From assembly GCA_041653495.1 (NCBI GenBank), contig JBAZFF010000002.1, positions 18,281-50,280 of the forward strand: a DNA stretch of 32,000 bases, read 5' to 3'. The notes below the pieces were generated by a model. The model saw only the letters and a program-made list of their open reading frames with translations. It was not told where the DNA came from and ran no database searches. Every line of letters starts with the position of its first letter. Within the stretch, counting starts at the first letter, position 1. The translations under genes were made by a program, and so were the position numbers. The DNA is from Minisyncoccota bacterium. GTDB lineage: Bacteria > Patescibacteriota > Minisyncoccia > Minisyncoccales > RBG-13-42-11. Shown one piece after another: positions 8,679 to 16,970 of this stretch.

Positions 8679-10814
8679 TTACTCTTTTTTAGCTTCTTTG
8701 TGTGACAGATTTATTCTCCCCTGTTCGTCTATAGAGATGACCTTAACAGGAATTATGTCTCCTATCTTGACTATATCTTCAACTTTATTGACGTGATAGT
8801 TTGCCAGCTGGGATATGTGGACCAATCCTTCTTGACCCGGGAGTATTTCCACGAAAGCTCCAAAGTCCAAGATCCTCTTTACTTTTCCTTCAAACAATTC
8901 ACCGACTTTCACCTCCCTTGTCAGGTTGTTTATCCAATCGGCAGCTCTCTTTCCAGCCGATTCCTTCTCGGCGGTAACGAATATCTTTCCGGAATCCTCG
9001 ATGTCTATTAAAACGCCGCATTCGTCTATAATCTCATTTATCACTTTTCCTCCCGGACCTATCACTTCTCTTATTTTATCAGGATTAATCTGGAGGACGA
9101 TGATTCTCGGGGCATAAGGGGAAAGATTCTCTCTGGGTTTCTCAATGGATTTCGCCATCTCGGCCAGAATCTTAATTCTGGCTGTCTTCGCCTCCTCCAG
9201 AGCTTTCTTAACCACTTCTTTTCCTATTCCCTCGATTTTTACGTCCATCTGGACGGCGGTGATTCCGTCTTTTGTCCCGGCAATCTTAAAGTCCATGTCT
9301 CCGTGGTGGTCTTCCGGTCCCTGGATGTCCGTCACGGTCTTCCAGGCGCCTTTGTAATCAGACATTAACCCCATGGCAATACCTGCCACAGGCTTTTTAA
9401 TAGGGACTCCGGCATCCATTAAAGCCAAAACGGAGCTTGATATTGAAGCCTGGGACGTTGATCCGTTGGAAGACAATATTTCAGTTACTATCCTTATTGT
9501 GTAAGGAAAATCCTCCGCATTGGGTATCATGGGGAATATGGCTTTTTCTGCCAGCATTCCGTGGCCTATTTCTCTCCTTCCGGGCCCTCTTAAGGGTTTA
9601 ACTTCGCCAGAACAGTAGGGAGGGAAGTTGTAATGATGCATAAACCTCTTTTTCCCTCTTATTTCCATGCCTTCCATGAGCTTTACGTCTCCCGGGGCTC
9701 CTAAAGTCAAAATGGACAAAGCTTTTGTCTGGCCTCTCATAAACAGGCCCGATCCGTGGGTTCTGGGGAGTATCCCAACTTGAGTTTCTAGGCTCCTCAA
9801 TTCGTCAATCTTCCTTCCGTCCACTCTCCTTTCTTTTTCCAGGATGTTCTTGTGTACCAAATCATTCAGTTCCTTTTCAAAGAATTCTTCCACGCAAGAC
9901 GAGATGTCCTTGTCCGGATACTTTTCTTGCAGATGCTTTACCAGTTCTTTCTTTAGGTCATTGACTCCTGTCATTCTGTCTTTGTCTTCCTTGAAAAGGG
10001 CTGTTTCCAGCTTGTTCCCGAGGAAGTCTTTTATGGCGCTTTCCAATTCCGCGTCAGGTTCTTTCGCCGCAAACTCCATTTTTTCTTTTCCGACTTTCTT
10101 TGCTATGTCTTTTTGAAAATTCAGTATCTTTTCTAGATGGGGCTTTGTCATCTCAACAGCTTCTGCAAATACCGTTTCTTCAACCTCCATCCCTTCTGCC
10201 TCCATCATGTTTATCAAAATATTATCCTTTGCTTCGTTTCCTAGGAACTTTGCGAATTCTGATTCCAAGCCGGCTACGGTCAGCTCAAAATTCATTTCGG
10301 TTCTCTGGGGGTAGGTGGGGTTTACCACAAATTCATTGTCTTTGTTCCTTCCCAGCCTCAAAGCAGCCACAGGTCCTTTCCAAGGAATATCTGATATTGC
10401 CAAAGCCAGGGAAGCGGCGATTAATCCTATTACATCCGGATCGTTTTCTTCGTCCCAAGACAGGCAGGTTACGATTACCTGGACTTCGTTCTTGTATCCT
10501 TCCGGGAAGCAAGGCCTTATCGCCCTGTCTATGAACCTAGCCGTTAATATCGCTTCGTCCGAAGGCTTGGTTTCCCTTCTTAAGAATCTGGAACCCAATA
10601 TTTTTCCTGCAGCGTAGAATTTTTCTTCGTACTCTACGGTCAAAGGAAAGAAATCAACTCCGTCCCTTCCTGTCTTTGCGGCTGTCACGTTGGCCATAAC
10701 CGTCGTATCGCCGTACTGAACTAAAACGCTGCCGGAAGCTTGTTCCGCCAGGTCGTTTATTTCTACCTTGAGCTCTTTTCCTCCGATGTCTGTTTTGAAT
10801 ATTTCTTTTTTCAT
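8679..10814 (-). CDS. pnp: Polyribonucleotide nucleotidyltransferase
   Basis: Two RNase PH-like cores (TVEYEEKFYAAGKILGSRFLRRE; FMRGQTKALSILTLG), KH (IREVIGPGGKVINEI), S1 (GELFEGKVKRILDFGAFVEILPGQEGLVHISQL). Confidence 0.97.
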   Translation of the reverse strand: MKKEIFKTDIGGKELKVEINDLAEQASGSVLVQYGDTTVMANVTAAKTGRDGVDFFPLTVEYEEKFYAAGKILGSRFLRRETKPSDEAILTARFIDRAIRPCFPEGYKNEVQVIVTCLSWDEENDPDVIGLIAASLALAISDIPWKGPVAALRLGRNKDNEFVVNPTYPQRTEMNFELTVAGLESEFAKFLGNEAKDNILINMMEAEGMEVEETVFAEAVEMTKPHLEKILNFQKDIAKKVGKEKMEFAAKEPDAELESAIKDFLGNKLETALFKEDKDRMTGVNDLKKELVKHLQEKYPDKDISSCVEEFFEKELNDLVHKNILEKERRVDGRKIDELRSLETQVGILPRTHGSGLFMRGQTKALSILTLGAPGDVKLMEGMEIRGKKRFMHHYNFPPYCSGEVKPLRGPGRREIGHGMLAEKAIFPMIPNAEDFPYTIRIVTEILSSNGSTSQASISSSVLALMDAGVPIKKPVAGIAMGLMSDYKGAWKTVTDIQGPEDHHGDMDFKIAGTKDGITAVQMDVKIEGIGKEVVKKALEEAKTARIKILAEMAKSIEKPRENLSPYAPRIIVLQINPDKIREVIGPGGKVINEIIDECGVLIDIEDSGKIFVTAEKESAGKRAADWINNLTREVKVGELFEGKVKRILDFGAFVEILPGQEGLVHISQLANYHVNKVEDIVKIGDIIPVKVISIDEQGRINLSHKEAKKE

Positions 10815-11314
10815 CTTTTTAGTAAGTATTTAACCGGATGTTCGCATAAGTCTATGAATTCATCCGCGACTTCTTTTAATTTTGCGGAAGAAGATTTCCC
10901 GAAAGCAATCACTTCCACTCTTTTTCCCTGGTTCTGCAGATATTCCACCAACTGGATGAAATCCCCGTCTCCGGACCCCAGTACCACCACGTCCACGCTG
11001 GGAGATATGCGGATCGCATCTACGGTCAGCCCCACATCCCAGTCTGCCTTTTTCATCCCGCCGAAGAATTCCTGCAAATCCCTGACCCTAGTTTCAATCC
11101 CTAATTTTATCAGAGCGTCAAAAAAAGCTCTTTCTTCCCCGGTTTTAGTCTTTACCACGTATCCGAAAGCCCGAATCAAGGTTCTTCCTGCCACGGCAGA
11201 CTTTAAAATGGATCCGAAATTTACTCTGGCCTGGTAAAGATTCTTAGCAGAATGATAGAGATTTTGTACGTCTAAGAAGACGGCCACTCTTTGGCCCAAA
11301 TGTTTTACTTCCAT
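10811..11314 (-). CDS. NYN/PIN-like (LabA-type) putative RNase
   Basis: VAVFLDVQNLYHSAK..., KADWDVGLTVDAIRISPSVDVVVLGSGDGDFIQLVEYLQNQGKRVEVIAFG: NYN-domain signature; 4-nt overlap with pnp. Confidence 0.85.
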   Translation of the reverse strand: MEVKHLGQRVAVFLDVQNLYHSAKNLYQARVNFGSILKSAVAGRTLIRAFGYVVKTKTGEERAFFDALIKLGIETRVRDLQEFFGGMKKADWDVGLTVDAIRISPSVDVVVLGSGDGDFIQLVEYLQNQGKRVEVIAFGKSSSAKLKEVADEFIDLCEHPVKYLLKR

Positions 11315-11315
11315 A

Positions 11316-11582
11316 TTACTTCTTTAGCCCTACTTTTTTGATAAGGCTGTTGTATCTTCTGGTGTCGTCTTTCTTCAAGAAGTTCAAAAGACTCTTTCTT
11401 TTGGAAACCATCTTCAACAGCCCTCTTTTTGAATGGACGTCTTTCGGATTCTTTTTAAGATGGGAAAGCAGTTTCTTTATTTCGTCCGACAATAAGGCAA
11501 CCTGAACTTCAGGGGATCCCGTGTCAGATTCATGAAGTTTGTATTTTCCTATCAACTTTGATTTTTCTTCTGTGTTTAACAT
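11316..11582 (-). CDS. rpsO: 30S ribosomal protein S15
   Basis: YKLHESDTGSPEVQVALLSDEIKKLLSHLKKNPKDVHSKRGLLKMVSKRKSLLNFLKKDDTRRYNSLIKKVGLK. Confidence 0.97.
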   Translation of the reverse strand: MLNTEEKSKLIGKYKLHESDTGSPEVQVALLSDEIKKLLSHLKKNPKDVHSKRGLLKMVSKRKSLLNFLKKDDTRRYNSLIKKVGLKK

Positions 11583-11598
11583 AATATTTTTTTCTTTG

Positions 11599-11670
11599 TG
11601 CCCCCAGCAGGACTTGAACCTGCAACCTTATCCTTAAGGGGGATCTGCTCTGCCATTGAGCTATAGGGGC
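11599..11670 (-). tRNA. tRNA, tentatively Lys(CTT), with C at position 33
   Basis: GCCCCTA TA GCTC AATGGCA GAGC A GATCC CCCTTAA GGATA AGGTT GCAGG TTCAAGT CCTGC TGGGGGC A: full cloverleaf; CCA not encoded. Confidence 0.75.
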
Positions 11671-11706
11671 CCCTAATAAGTTTATTACTGTTCCGTCCTT
11701 TCCCGG

Positions 11707-11778
11707 TGCCCCTGGAAGGAGTCGAACCCTCACCCCTGGTTCCGAAGACCAGTACTCTATCCATTGAGCTACAGGGGC
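11707..11778 (-). tRNA. tRNA-Arg(TCG)
   Basis: GCCCCTG TA GCTC...GAG; CTGGT CTTCGGA ACCAG anticodon arm; GAGGG TTCGACT CCTTC; CAGGGGC A; followed by CCG, so CCA not encoded. Confidence 0.92.
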
Positions 11779-11792
11779 TCGAACATTTATAG

Positions 11793-11820
11793 AGTATATC
11801 ACGTTAATTGAAAAAAACAA
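11793..11820 (-). promoter_or_regulatory. Probable minus-strand promoter for the tRNA-Arg/tRNA/rpsO unit
   Basis: Minus strand TTGTTT - 16 nt - TATACT about 15 nt upstream of tRNA-Arg. Confidence 0.5.
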
Positions 11821-11836
11821 GTTTTCAAGATAAGAT
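11808..11836 (+). promoter_or_regulatory. Promoter for cca; predicted leaderless transcript
   Basis: TTGAAA - 17 nt - TAAGAT, ATG only 6 nt after the -10. Confidence 0.65.
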
Positions 11837-11842
11837 TAGGGA

Positions 11843-13297
11843 ATGACCATCCCAAAAGAGGTAAAACTGGTGATAGAAACTCTTGAAAAGAAGAAGTTTG
11901 AAGCTTTTGTCGTCGGAGGCTGCGTCAGGGATATTTTGAGAGGAGAGGAGCCTAAAGACTGGGACGTGGCTACTTCCGCCAATCCGCAGGAAATCAAAAA
12001 AATATTCCCGGAGAGCTTTTATGAGAATAAGTTTTTGACCGTTACGGTTTTGACCAAAAGTAGAAAAGAATCTTTGAAAGAGATAGAGGTGACAACCTAC
12101 AGGCAGGAAGCGAAATATACCGATAAGAGGCACCCGGATGAAGTAAGGGCGGCCAAGAATCTCAGAGAGGATCTAGCCAGAAGGGACTTTACCATAAATG
12201 CAATAGCCTTAAATTCCAAAAAGGAAATTGTAGATCCTTTTTCCGGCCAGGAAGATTTAAAGAAAAAAATAATAAGAGCGGTGGGAAACCCCAAGGAAAG
12301 ATTTGCCGAAGATGCCTTGAGGATGATGAGGGCGGTAAGATTCGTATCCGTTTTGGGCAAGGGTTGGAGTATAGAAGAGGAAACCGCAAAAGCAATAAAA
12401 GCTAATGCAGCTTCTTTAAAAGAGATATCCAAGGAAAGGATAAGGGATGAGTTCTTGAAAATGATAATGTCAGAAAGAGCGGCGGAAGGGGTGGAAATGC
12501 TGAGAGAGCTGGGTCTTTTAAAGAATATAATCCCCGAGCTTGAAGAAGGATACAGAGTAGGGCAGAACAAACATCATATATATGAATGCTATGAGCACAG
12601 CCTAAAGTCTTTAGAATATGCAGCAAAGCAAGGCTTTAACATGTATGTCAGAGTTGCCGCTTTACTGCATGATATAGGAAAGCCCAGGTCAAAAAGAGGA
12701 GAAGGGAAAGATTCCACTTTCTACGGCCATGAGATAATCGGAGCTAGGATGGCTTCAGGAATATTGGACAGATTGAAATTTTCAAAGAAGGATGCGGAGA
12801 AAATAGTCCTTCTGGTGAGATATCACCTCTTTTATTATAATGTCGGAGAAGTGACCGAGAGTTCCGTCAGAAGATTGGTGAAACAGGTGGGGCCGGAGAA
12901 CATGGATGAATTATTGCAGGTGAGGATGTCAGACAGAATCGGATCCGGAGTTCCGAAAGCTGAACCTTATAAGTTAAGGCATTTTAGATATCTAATAGAC
13001 AAAGTGTCTCAGGATCCTATTTCAGCCAAGATGCTCAAGGTTTCCGGGAATGACGTGATAAAGGATTTGAAAATTGAGCCCGGCAGGAAAATAGGGCAGA
13101 TTTTAGAGATATTATTGGACGAGGTTTTGTCAGAACCTAAAAAAAATAATAAGATATATCTATATAAGGAAATTTTAAAATTGGGGAAGCTTTCCGAGTC
13201 AGAGCTTGCAAAATTAGCCCAAAGGGCTAAAAAACAGAAGGAAGGGTTAGAGATGAAAAAGGACGAGATGACTAAGAAGAAATACTGGGTGGTGTAG
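11843..13297 (+). CDS. cca: CCA tRNA nucleotidyltransferase (poly(A) polymerase family, HD domain)
   Basis: AFVVGGCVRDILRGEEPKDWDVATSA, RRDFTINAIALN, RFAEDALRMMRAVRF, VAALLHDIGKP: nucleotidyltransferase plus HD signatures. Confidence 0.93.
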   Translation: MTIPKEVKLVIETLEKKKFEAFVVGGCVRDILRGEEPKDWDVATSANPQEIKKIFPESFYENKFLTVTVLTKSRKESLKEIEVTTYRQEAKYTDKRHPDEVRAAKNLREDLARRDFTINAIALNSKKEIVDPFSGQEDLKKKIIRAVGNPKERFAEDALRMMRAVRFVSVLGKGWSIEEETAKAIKANAASLKEISKERIRDEFLKMIMSERAAEGVEMLRELGLLKNIIPELEEGYRVGQNKHHIYECYEHSLKSLEYAAKQGFNMYVRVAALLHDIGKPRSKRGEGKDSTFYGHEIIGARMASGILDRLKFSKKDAEKIVLLVRYHLFYYNVGEVTESSVRRLVKQVGPENMDELLQVRMSDRIGSGVPKAEPYKLRHFRYLIDKVSQDPISAKMLKVSGNDVIKDLKIEPGRKIGQILEILLDEVLSEPKKNNKIYLYKEILKLGKLSESELAKLAQRAKKQKEGLEMKKDEMTKKKYWVV

Positions 13298-13298
13298 G

Positions 13299-13369
13299 CG
13301 GGGTGTAGTGCAGTGGTAGCACGAGTCCTTCGGGAGGATTTAGCCCGAGTTCGAATCTCGGCACCCCGA
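13299..13369 (+). tRNA. tRNA-Pro(CGG)
   Basis: CGGGGTG TA GTGC AGTGGTA GCAC G AGTCC TTCGGGA GGATT TAGC CCGAG TTCGAAT CTCGG CACCCCG A; C1-G72 typical of tRNA-Pro; CCA not encoded. Confidence 0.93.
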
Positions 13370-13379
13370 CAGAAAGATT

Positions 13380-13832
13380 ATGGCCATTAAAAACACAATA
13401 AGATCGTTTAGAGCAGGAGAGTTCAGAATAAATAAAAACCTCTATTTGGTTTCCGCCGCATTAACCATATTGACTATGGTGATGCTGGCCACTGAATTCT
13501 TCAGCAGGTGTGCCTTTCCTTCAACCAGGATACCCCTTTTTTATTTGGGATTGTTAATTATCTATTCTTTGCACAAGGAACTGATCAGGTGGCTGGGAGA
13601 AGAGAAGGTAGAAAGGCAGGGAGAACTTTTCGTATATGCCTGGATTATGTTCACGACCTTTCTCTATGTCGTCAGCTTTGCCAGCAAGCAGTATTTTACC
13701 GATCAGGCGCAGGGAGGATGCGACTCTGCCATCGTGTCTTCTTGCACTATAACCTTGGAAATTTTGGTCATTTACCTGATAACCAGGGCCTCAAAATACG
13801 TGAAAGTGGCCAGAATATCAAGGAAAAAATAA
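13380..13832 (+). CDS. Small polytopic membrane protein, 150 aa, unknown function
   Basis: About four hydrophobic segments; follows tRNA-Pro by 10 nt. Confidence 0.7.
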   Translation: MAIKNTIRSFRAGEFRINKNLYLVSAALTILTMVMLATEFFSRCAFPSTRIPLFYLGLLIIYSLHKELIRWLGEEKVERQGELFVYAWIMFTTFLYVVSFASKQYFTDQAQGGCDSAIVSSCTITLEILVIYLITRASKYVKVARISRKK

Positions 13833-13903
13833 GGGCCTGTGGTTCAACGGCACAACACTACATTCGCATTGTAGTAATGGCGGTTCGATTCCGCCCAGGT
13901 CCA
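13833..13903 (+). tRNA. tRNA-Ala(CGC)
   Basis: GGGCCTG TG GTTC...CAAC A CTACA TTCGCAT TGTAG TAAT GGCGG TTCGATT CCGCC CAGGTCC A; contains the G3-T70 pair diagnostic of tRNA-Ala. Confidence 0.9.
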
Positions 13904-13913
13904 CTTACTACTA

Positions 13914-13942
13914 TTGACTTTTCTCCGTTTTTATTATATAGT
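13914..13942 (+). promoter_or_regulatory. Sigma70-like promoter for the receiver-domain gene
   Basis: TTGACT - 17 nt - TATAGT; downstream gene has aggaggt Shine-Dalgarno and GTG start. Confidence 0.75.
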
Positions 13943-13980
13943 TTAGTATTTCAGTACCCATTAGAAAAAGGAGGTAAATC

Positions 13981-14346
13981 GTGAAGATACTAGTTATTGA
14001 CGACGACGAATATTCCCAGAAATTTTTTATTGACTTTATCGGGATTCTGGGAGGCGAAATACTGAACGCCTATACCTCGGAAGAAGCAGAGAGAATGCTT
14101 TTTTTGAACCCAGATGTCGCAGCCATTGTAATGGACGGCCATTTGGGGGAGAAGGAACAAAACACGGCTTCCCTTATCACTAGGATAAGAGAAAGCTACA
14201 AAGGCCCAATTTGGGGGAATACAGGGGATCGGGGCGTGATAGCTTTGTTAAAAGAGGCTGGGTGTGACGAAGTTTTCTTCAAAACTCCTGGTAAAGGGGA
14301 AAAGGGAATTCGCGATCAATTAGATAGTTTCTTTACTCGAAAATAG
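13981..14346 (+). CDS. Stand-alone response-regulator receiver domain protein
   Basis: MKILVIDDDEYSQKFF (acidic pocket), AIVMDGHL (phospho-Asp), GNTGD, FFKTPGKG (Lys). GTG start with upstream ggaggt. Confidence 0.85.
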   Translation: MKILVIDDDEYSQKFFIDFIGILGGEILNAYTSEEAERMLFLNPDVAAIVMDGHLGEKEQNTASLITRIRESYKGPIWGNTGDRGVIALLKEAGCDEVFFKTPGKGEKGIRDQLDSFFTRK

Positions 14347-14361
14347 TTTTTCAAGCAGAGA

Positions 14362-14391
14362 GCGCCACGATGTTTTTCATGGCGCTTTTTA
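14362..14391 (+). terminator. Intrinsic terminator after the receiver gene
   Basis: agcgcca-cgatgtttttca-tggcgctttttt-like hairpin plus T-tract. Confidence 0.75.
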
Positions 14392-14410
14392 CAAAACATT
14401 TTTATTCAGC

Positions 14411-14593
14411 ATGATAGAGATTAGAAAGTTAGTCGACAAGATATTAAAAAGCATTAATAATCTGGCTTCAATTAACATAAATGAAGCCCACTTTTATATG
14501 ATAACTTCGAGTTTGACCAGTCATTTTCTATTTGGTAGAAAGAATAATAGCTCAATCATATTCTCTCTGAGAGTTCAATCATTCTATAAATAA
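14411..14593 (+). CDS. Small hypothetical protein, 60 aa
   Basis: ATG-initiated ORF whose TAA overlaps the next gene's ATG (taatg), consistent with translational coupling. Confidence 0.4.
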   Translation: MIEIRKLVDKILKSINNLASININEAHFYMITSSLTSHFLFGRKNNSSIIFSLRVQSFYK

Positions 14594-14925
14594 TGAAGAA
14601 AAATATTCAGAAAAACGATAAAGAGATCGCCATAATCCATTGGGAAGACTCTTGGACTCACGGCAATGTCCAATTGAGTGAGAAAGAATGGAAGAACAAA
14701 GGAATCGGATATGCGATTTCAGCTGGTCTTATCGTGGGGGAAGATGATAAACAGATTTCTATTGCAGCAGATTATTTCTATCCTCAGAATGTGGATGAGG
14801 GTTCCTTTCGGTCTGTGAACTCTTTTCCTAAGAGTGGTATACACAAAATAGTAAGGATAAAGCTACCTGTTGAGATTGAGAAAGAGATGCTTAAGTATCT
14901 CTTGAGGCCTAAATCAAAGAAATAA
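14593..14925 (+). CDS. Hypothetical protein, 110 aa
   Basis: Complete ORF, IIHWEDSWTHGNVQLSEKEWKNKGIGYAISAGLIVGEDDKQISIAADYF. Confidence 0.6.
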   Translation: MKKNIQKNDKEIAIIHWEDSWTHGNVQLSEKEWKNKGIGYAISAGLIVGEDDKQISIAADYFYPQNVDEGSFRSVNSFPKSGIHKIVRIKLPVEIEKEMLKYLLRPKSKK

Positions 14926-15005
14926 TACATTTAAGGGCAGAACAAGAATACCGAAAAAAGCTCGGTGTTTCTCAAGATCGTTTTTCCAAAATAGCAAAAA
15001 TAATT

Positions 15006-16124
15006 ATGAAAAATTTGGTTTTTGAAAATATCTTAAAAAATGCAGGGAATGATGCAAGCGAGTTTGTGAAAACAATTGGTAAAAATAGTTTGCGTCCGCC
15101 GCTATATAATGCAGAGAACTATGTTGGAAATATGATAAGAGATAAGTATTTTGCTGCACTAGTAATTGTGCGCCATTATGTAAAATTGACGAGTGATACA
15201 TACTGGTCAGAAATTGGTGCATTTAATGTAGATCTTTTCATGTTGACACCAAGTGCTTCATCTCCAATGGGTCCAGGATCTGATTCTGAAGTGATAAGTA
15301 TCCAATTTGGTAAATACCACACTAACCTCACTGACTCGTCGCAATTTGGTTTTGAGCCGCTCATGTTTCATCTCGATAAAGCATACTGTTATTTACCATC
15401 AATGCGAGGTGAGAATCCTGATGCACGACACTTGAACCAATTTTTTCACTGCGAAGCAGAAATTGTTGGAACACTCAGTGAATTATTACCGTATGTCGAG
15501 GGTTATGTGCGGGCACTTGCTAGGACATTTATGGCACTCGCACCAATCATAGAACTCATGAGCATTGATTTCTCAAGAACAGAACAGGCACTGCAAAGTA
15601 TTATCAATGCTAAGAGTTTCAATAAAAAGACTTTCGACGAAGTATATCCGTGGCTGCAAGAAAATTCTTCATTCTATTCGGTAAGTGACTTTGGAAGAAA
15701 CATTACCAATAATGGCGAGGTTGCACTTGTCCGAGCGATGGGAGATGGTTTGCCGATGTGGCTCTGTAACTACGACCGAGACACTGTTGCCTTTTATCAA
15801 AAACCAAATCCTGGAAACGCAAACTCTGCTATAAATGCAGACTTGTTATTTGCACCAATTGTCGAAGGTGGTTTTGGCGGAGAAATTGTGGGCTCTGGAC
15901 AACGACAGGATAACTCTGAAGAAATTACCGAATCTCTCAAAAGACAAAAAGTCGATGGAGGGCCTTATGAGTGGTACAGCAATCTTCGTAAACAACCGAG
16001 CTATAAAACAACATCTGGTTTCGGATTGGGGATAGAAAGATTTATCGCTTGGGCACTTGGATATTCTGATATTAAAGACGTCATTCATTATCCACGGCTT
16101 AAAAATATTAAGACACTACCATAA
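15006..16124 (+). CDS. Class II aaRS-like enzyme: AsnRS-type catalytic domain without anticodon-binding domain
   Basis: Motif-2-like YLPSMRGENPDARHLNQFFHCEAEIVG; ADLLFAPIVEGGFGGEIVGSGQRQ; EWYSNLRKQPSYKTTSGFGLGIERFIAWALGYSDIKDVIHYPR (motif 3). At 372 aa it starts directly in the catalytic part. Confidence 0.8.
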   Translation: MKNLVFENILKNAGNDASEFVKTIGKNSLRPPLYNAENYVGNMIRDKYFAALVIVRHYVKLTSDTYWSEIGAFNVDLFMLTPSASSPMGPGSDSEVISIQFGKYHTNLTDSSQFGFEPLMFHLDKAYCYLPSMRGENPDARHLNQFFHCEAEIVGTLSELLPYVEGYVRALARTFMALAPIIELMSIDFSRTEQALQSIINAKSFNKKTFDEVYPWLQENSSFYSVSDFGRNITNNGEVALVRAMGDGLPMWLCNYDRDTVAFYQKPNPGNANSAINADLLFAPIVEGGFGGEIVGSGQRQDNSEEITESLKRQKVDGGPYEWYSNLRKQPSYKTTSGFGLGIERFIAWALGYSDIKDVIHYPRLKNIKTLP

Positions 16125-16126
16125 TT

Positions 16127-16969
16127 GTGCAAAAAGAAATTTTCGATTCATTTTTTAATTCATATGCAAAAACCGTTGATAAAGCTGCTGACATTAGTGC
16201 CTTTTGGCGACTGTCAGACGAAATTATAACTGAGATAGTCAGACGCGAAATTGCGCCGTATTGTAAAGATTCATCGCTTACCATGGATGCTGGTGGGGGT
16301 ACGGGAAGGTGGGCAATAAAACTAAGTGAGGTTTTGAAAGGGAAACTTGTTGTATTCGATCGTTCGGAAGATATGCTTGCGAAAGCATCAGAAAACATCA
16401 GTAAGAGCAACGTATCCGATCGTATTAATATATCAGAGGGAGACCTAACTCAGATAGATAATTTCACAGACAATAGCGTTGATAATATCGTGAGTATTTA
16501 TAGTCCTCTCAGTTTTATTTATGATCAAGATAAGGTGGCGAAAGAACTATTCCGTATTCTGAAGCCAGGAAGCCGCATTCTTTTAATGAGTCACGGTTAC
16601 CATAATGCATTGGCTTCTAAAATAAATAGCTATCGAGCTGGCGCAAAAGAGTTACAAAAACTTGCAAACGAACAGAGAGTGAAATGGGCTCCGCATGTCC
16701 CGGAGTTAGTAACTCATTCAAAAGAATCCATAGAAAAACTTTTTTCCGATGTAGGGTTTCGTATACAGAAAACGTATGGCGTACCTGTGTTTGTTCAGCC
16801 TGGTCCAGAAGACTTTGATCCAGAAAACGAAAAGAAAAGTGCAGTGAGTGAGTATCTTGAGAATCCTGATATTTTCAAATTAGTATTTGAAATCGAAATG
16901 AGATTTAATGCTGGAGAGACAGTGGCAAATCGAGGTATGAACATGTTCATGCTTGCAGAAAAGAAATAA
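16127..16969 (+). CDS. Class I SAM-dependent methyltransferase
   Basis: LTMDAGGGTGRWAIKLSEVLKGKLVVFDRSEDMLAKASENI...RINISEGDLTQIDNFTDNSVDNIVSIYSPLSFI...FRILKPGSRILLMSH. GTG start. Confidence 0.88.
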   Translation: MQKEIFDSFFNSYAKTVDKAADISAFWRLSDEIITEIVRREIAPYCKDSSLTMDAGGGTGRWAIKLSEVLKGKLVVFDRSEDMLAKASENISKSNVSDRINISEGDLTQIDNFTDNSVDNIVSIYSPLSFIYDQDKVAKELFRILKPGSRILLMSHGYHNALASKINSYRAGAKELQKLANEQRVKWAPHVPELVTHSKESIEKLFSDVGFRIQKTYGVPVFVQPGPEDFDPENEKKSAVSEYLENPDIFKLVFEIEMRFNAGETVANRGMNMFMLAEKK

Positions 16970-16970
16970 T

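Noticed and set aside
10100-11237. Plus-strand ORFs of 144, 106 and 165 aa opposite pnp and the NYN gene
   Set aside because: Shadow ORFs antisense to confident genes.
11530-11820. 96-aa and 62-aa minus-strand ORFs over the tRNA pair
   Set aside because: They are translations of the tRNA genes themselves (VAQWIEYWSSEPGVRVRLLPG is a typical tRNA readout).
13508-13984. 158-aa plus-strand ORF
   Set aside because: Overlaps the membrane protein gene in another frame and runs through tRNA-Ala and the receiver promoter; the translation has no recognisable domain.
13981-14346. Two-component system
   Set aside because: Receiver domain only; no histidine kinase or output domain nearby in this window.
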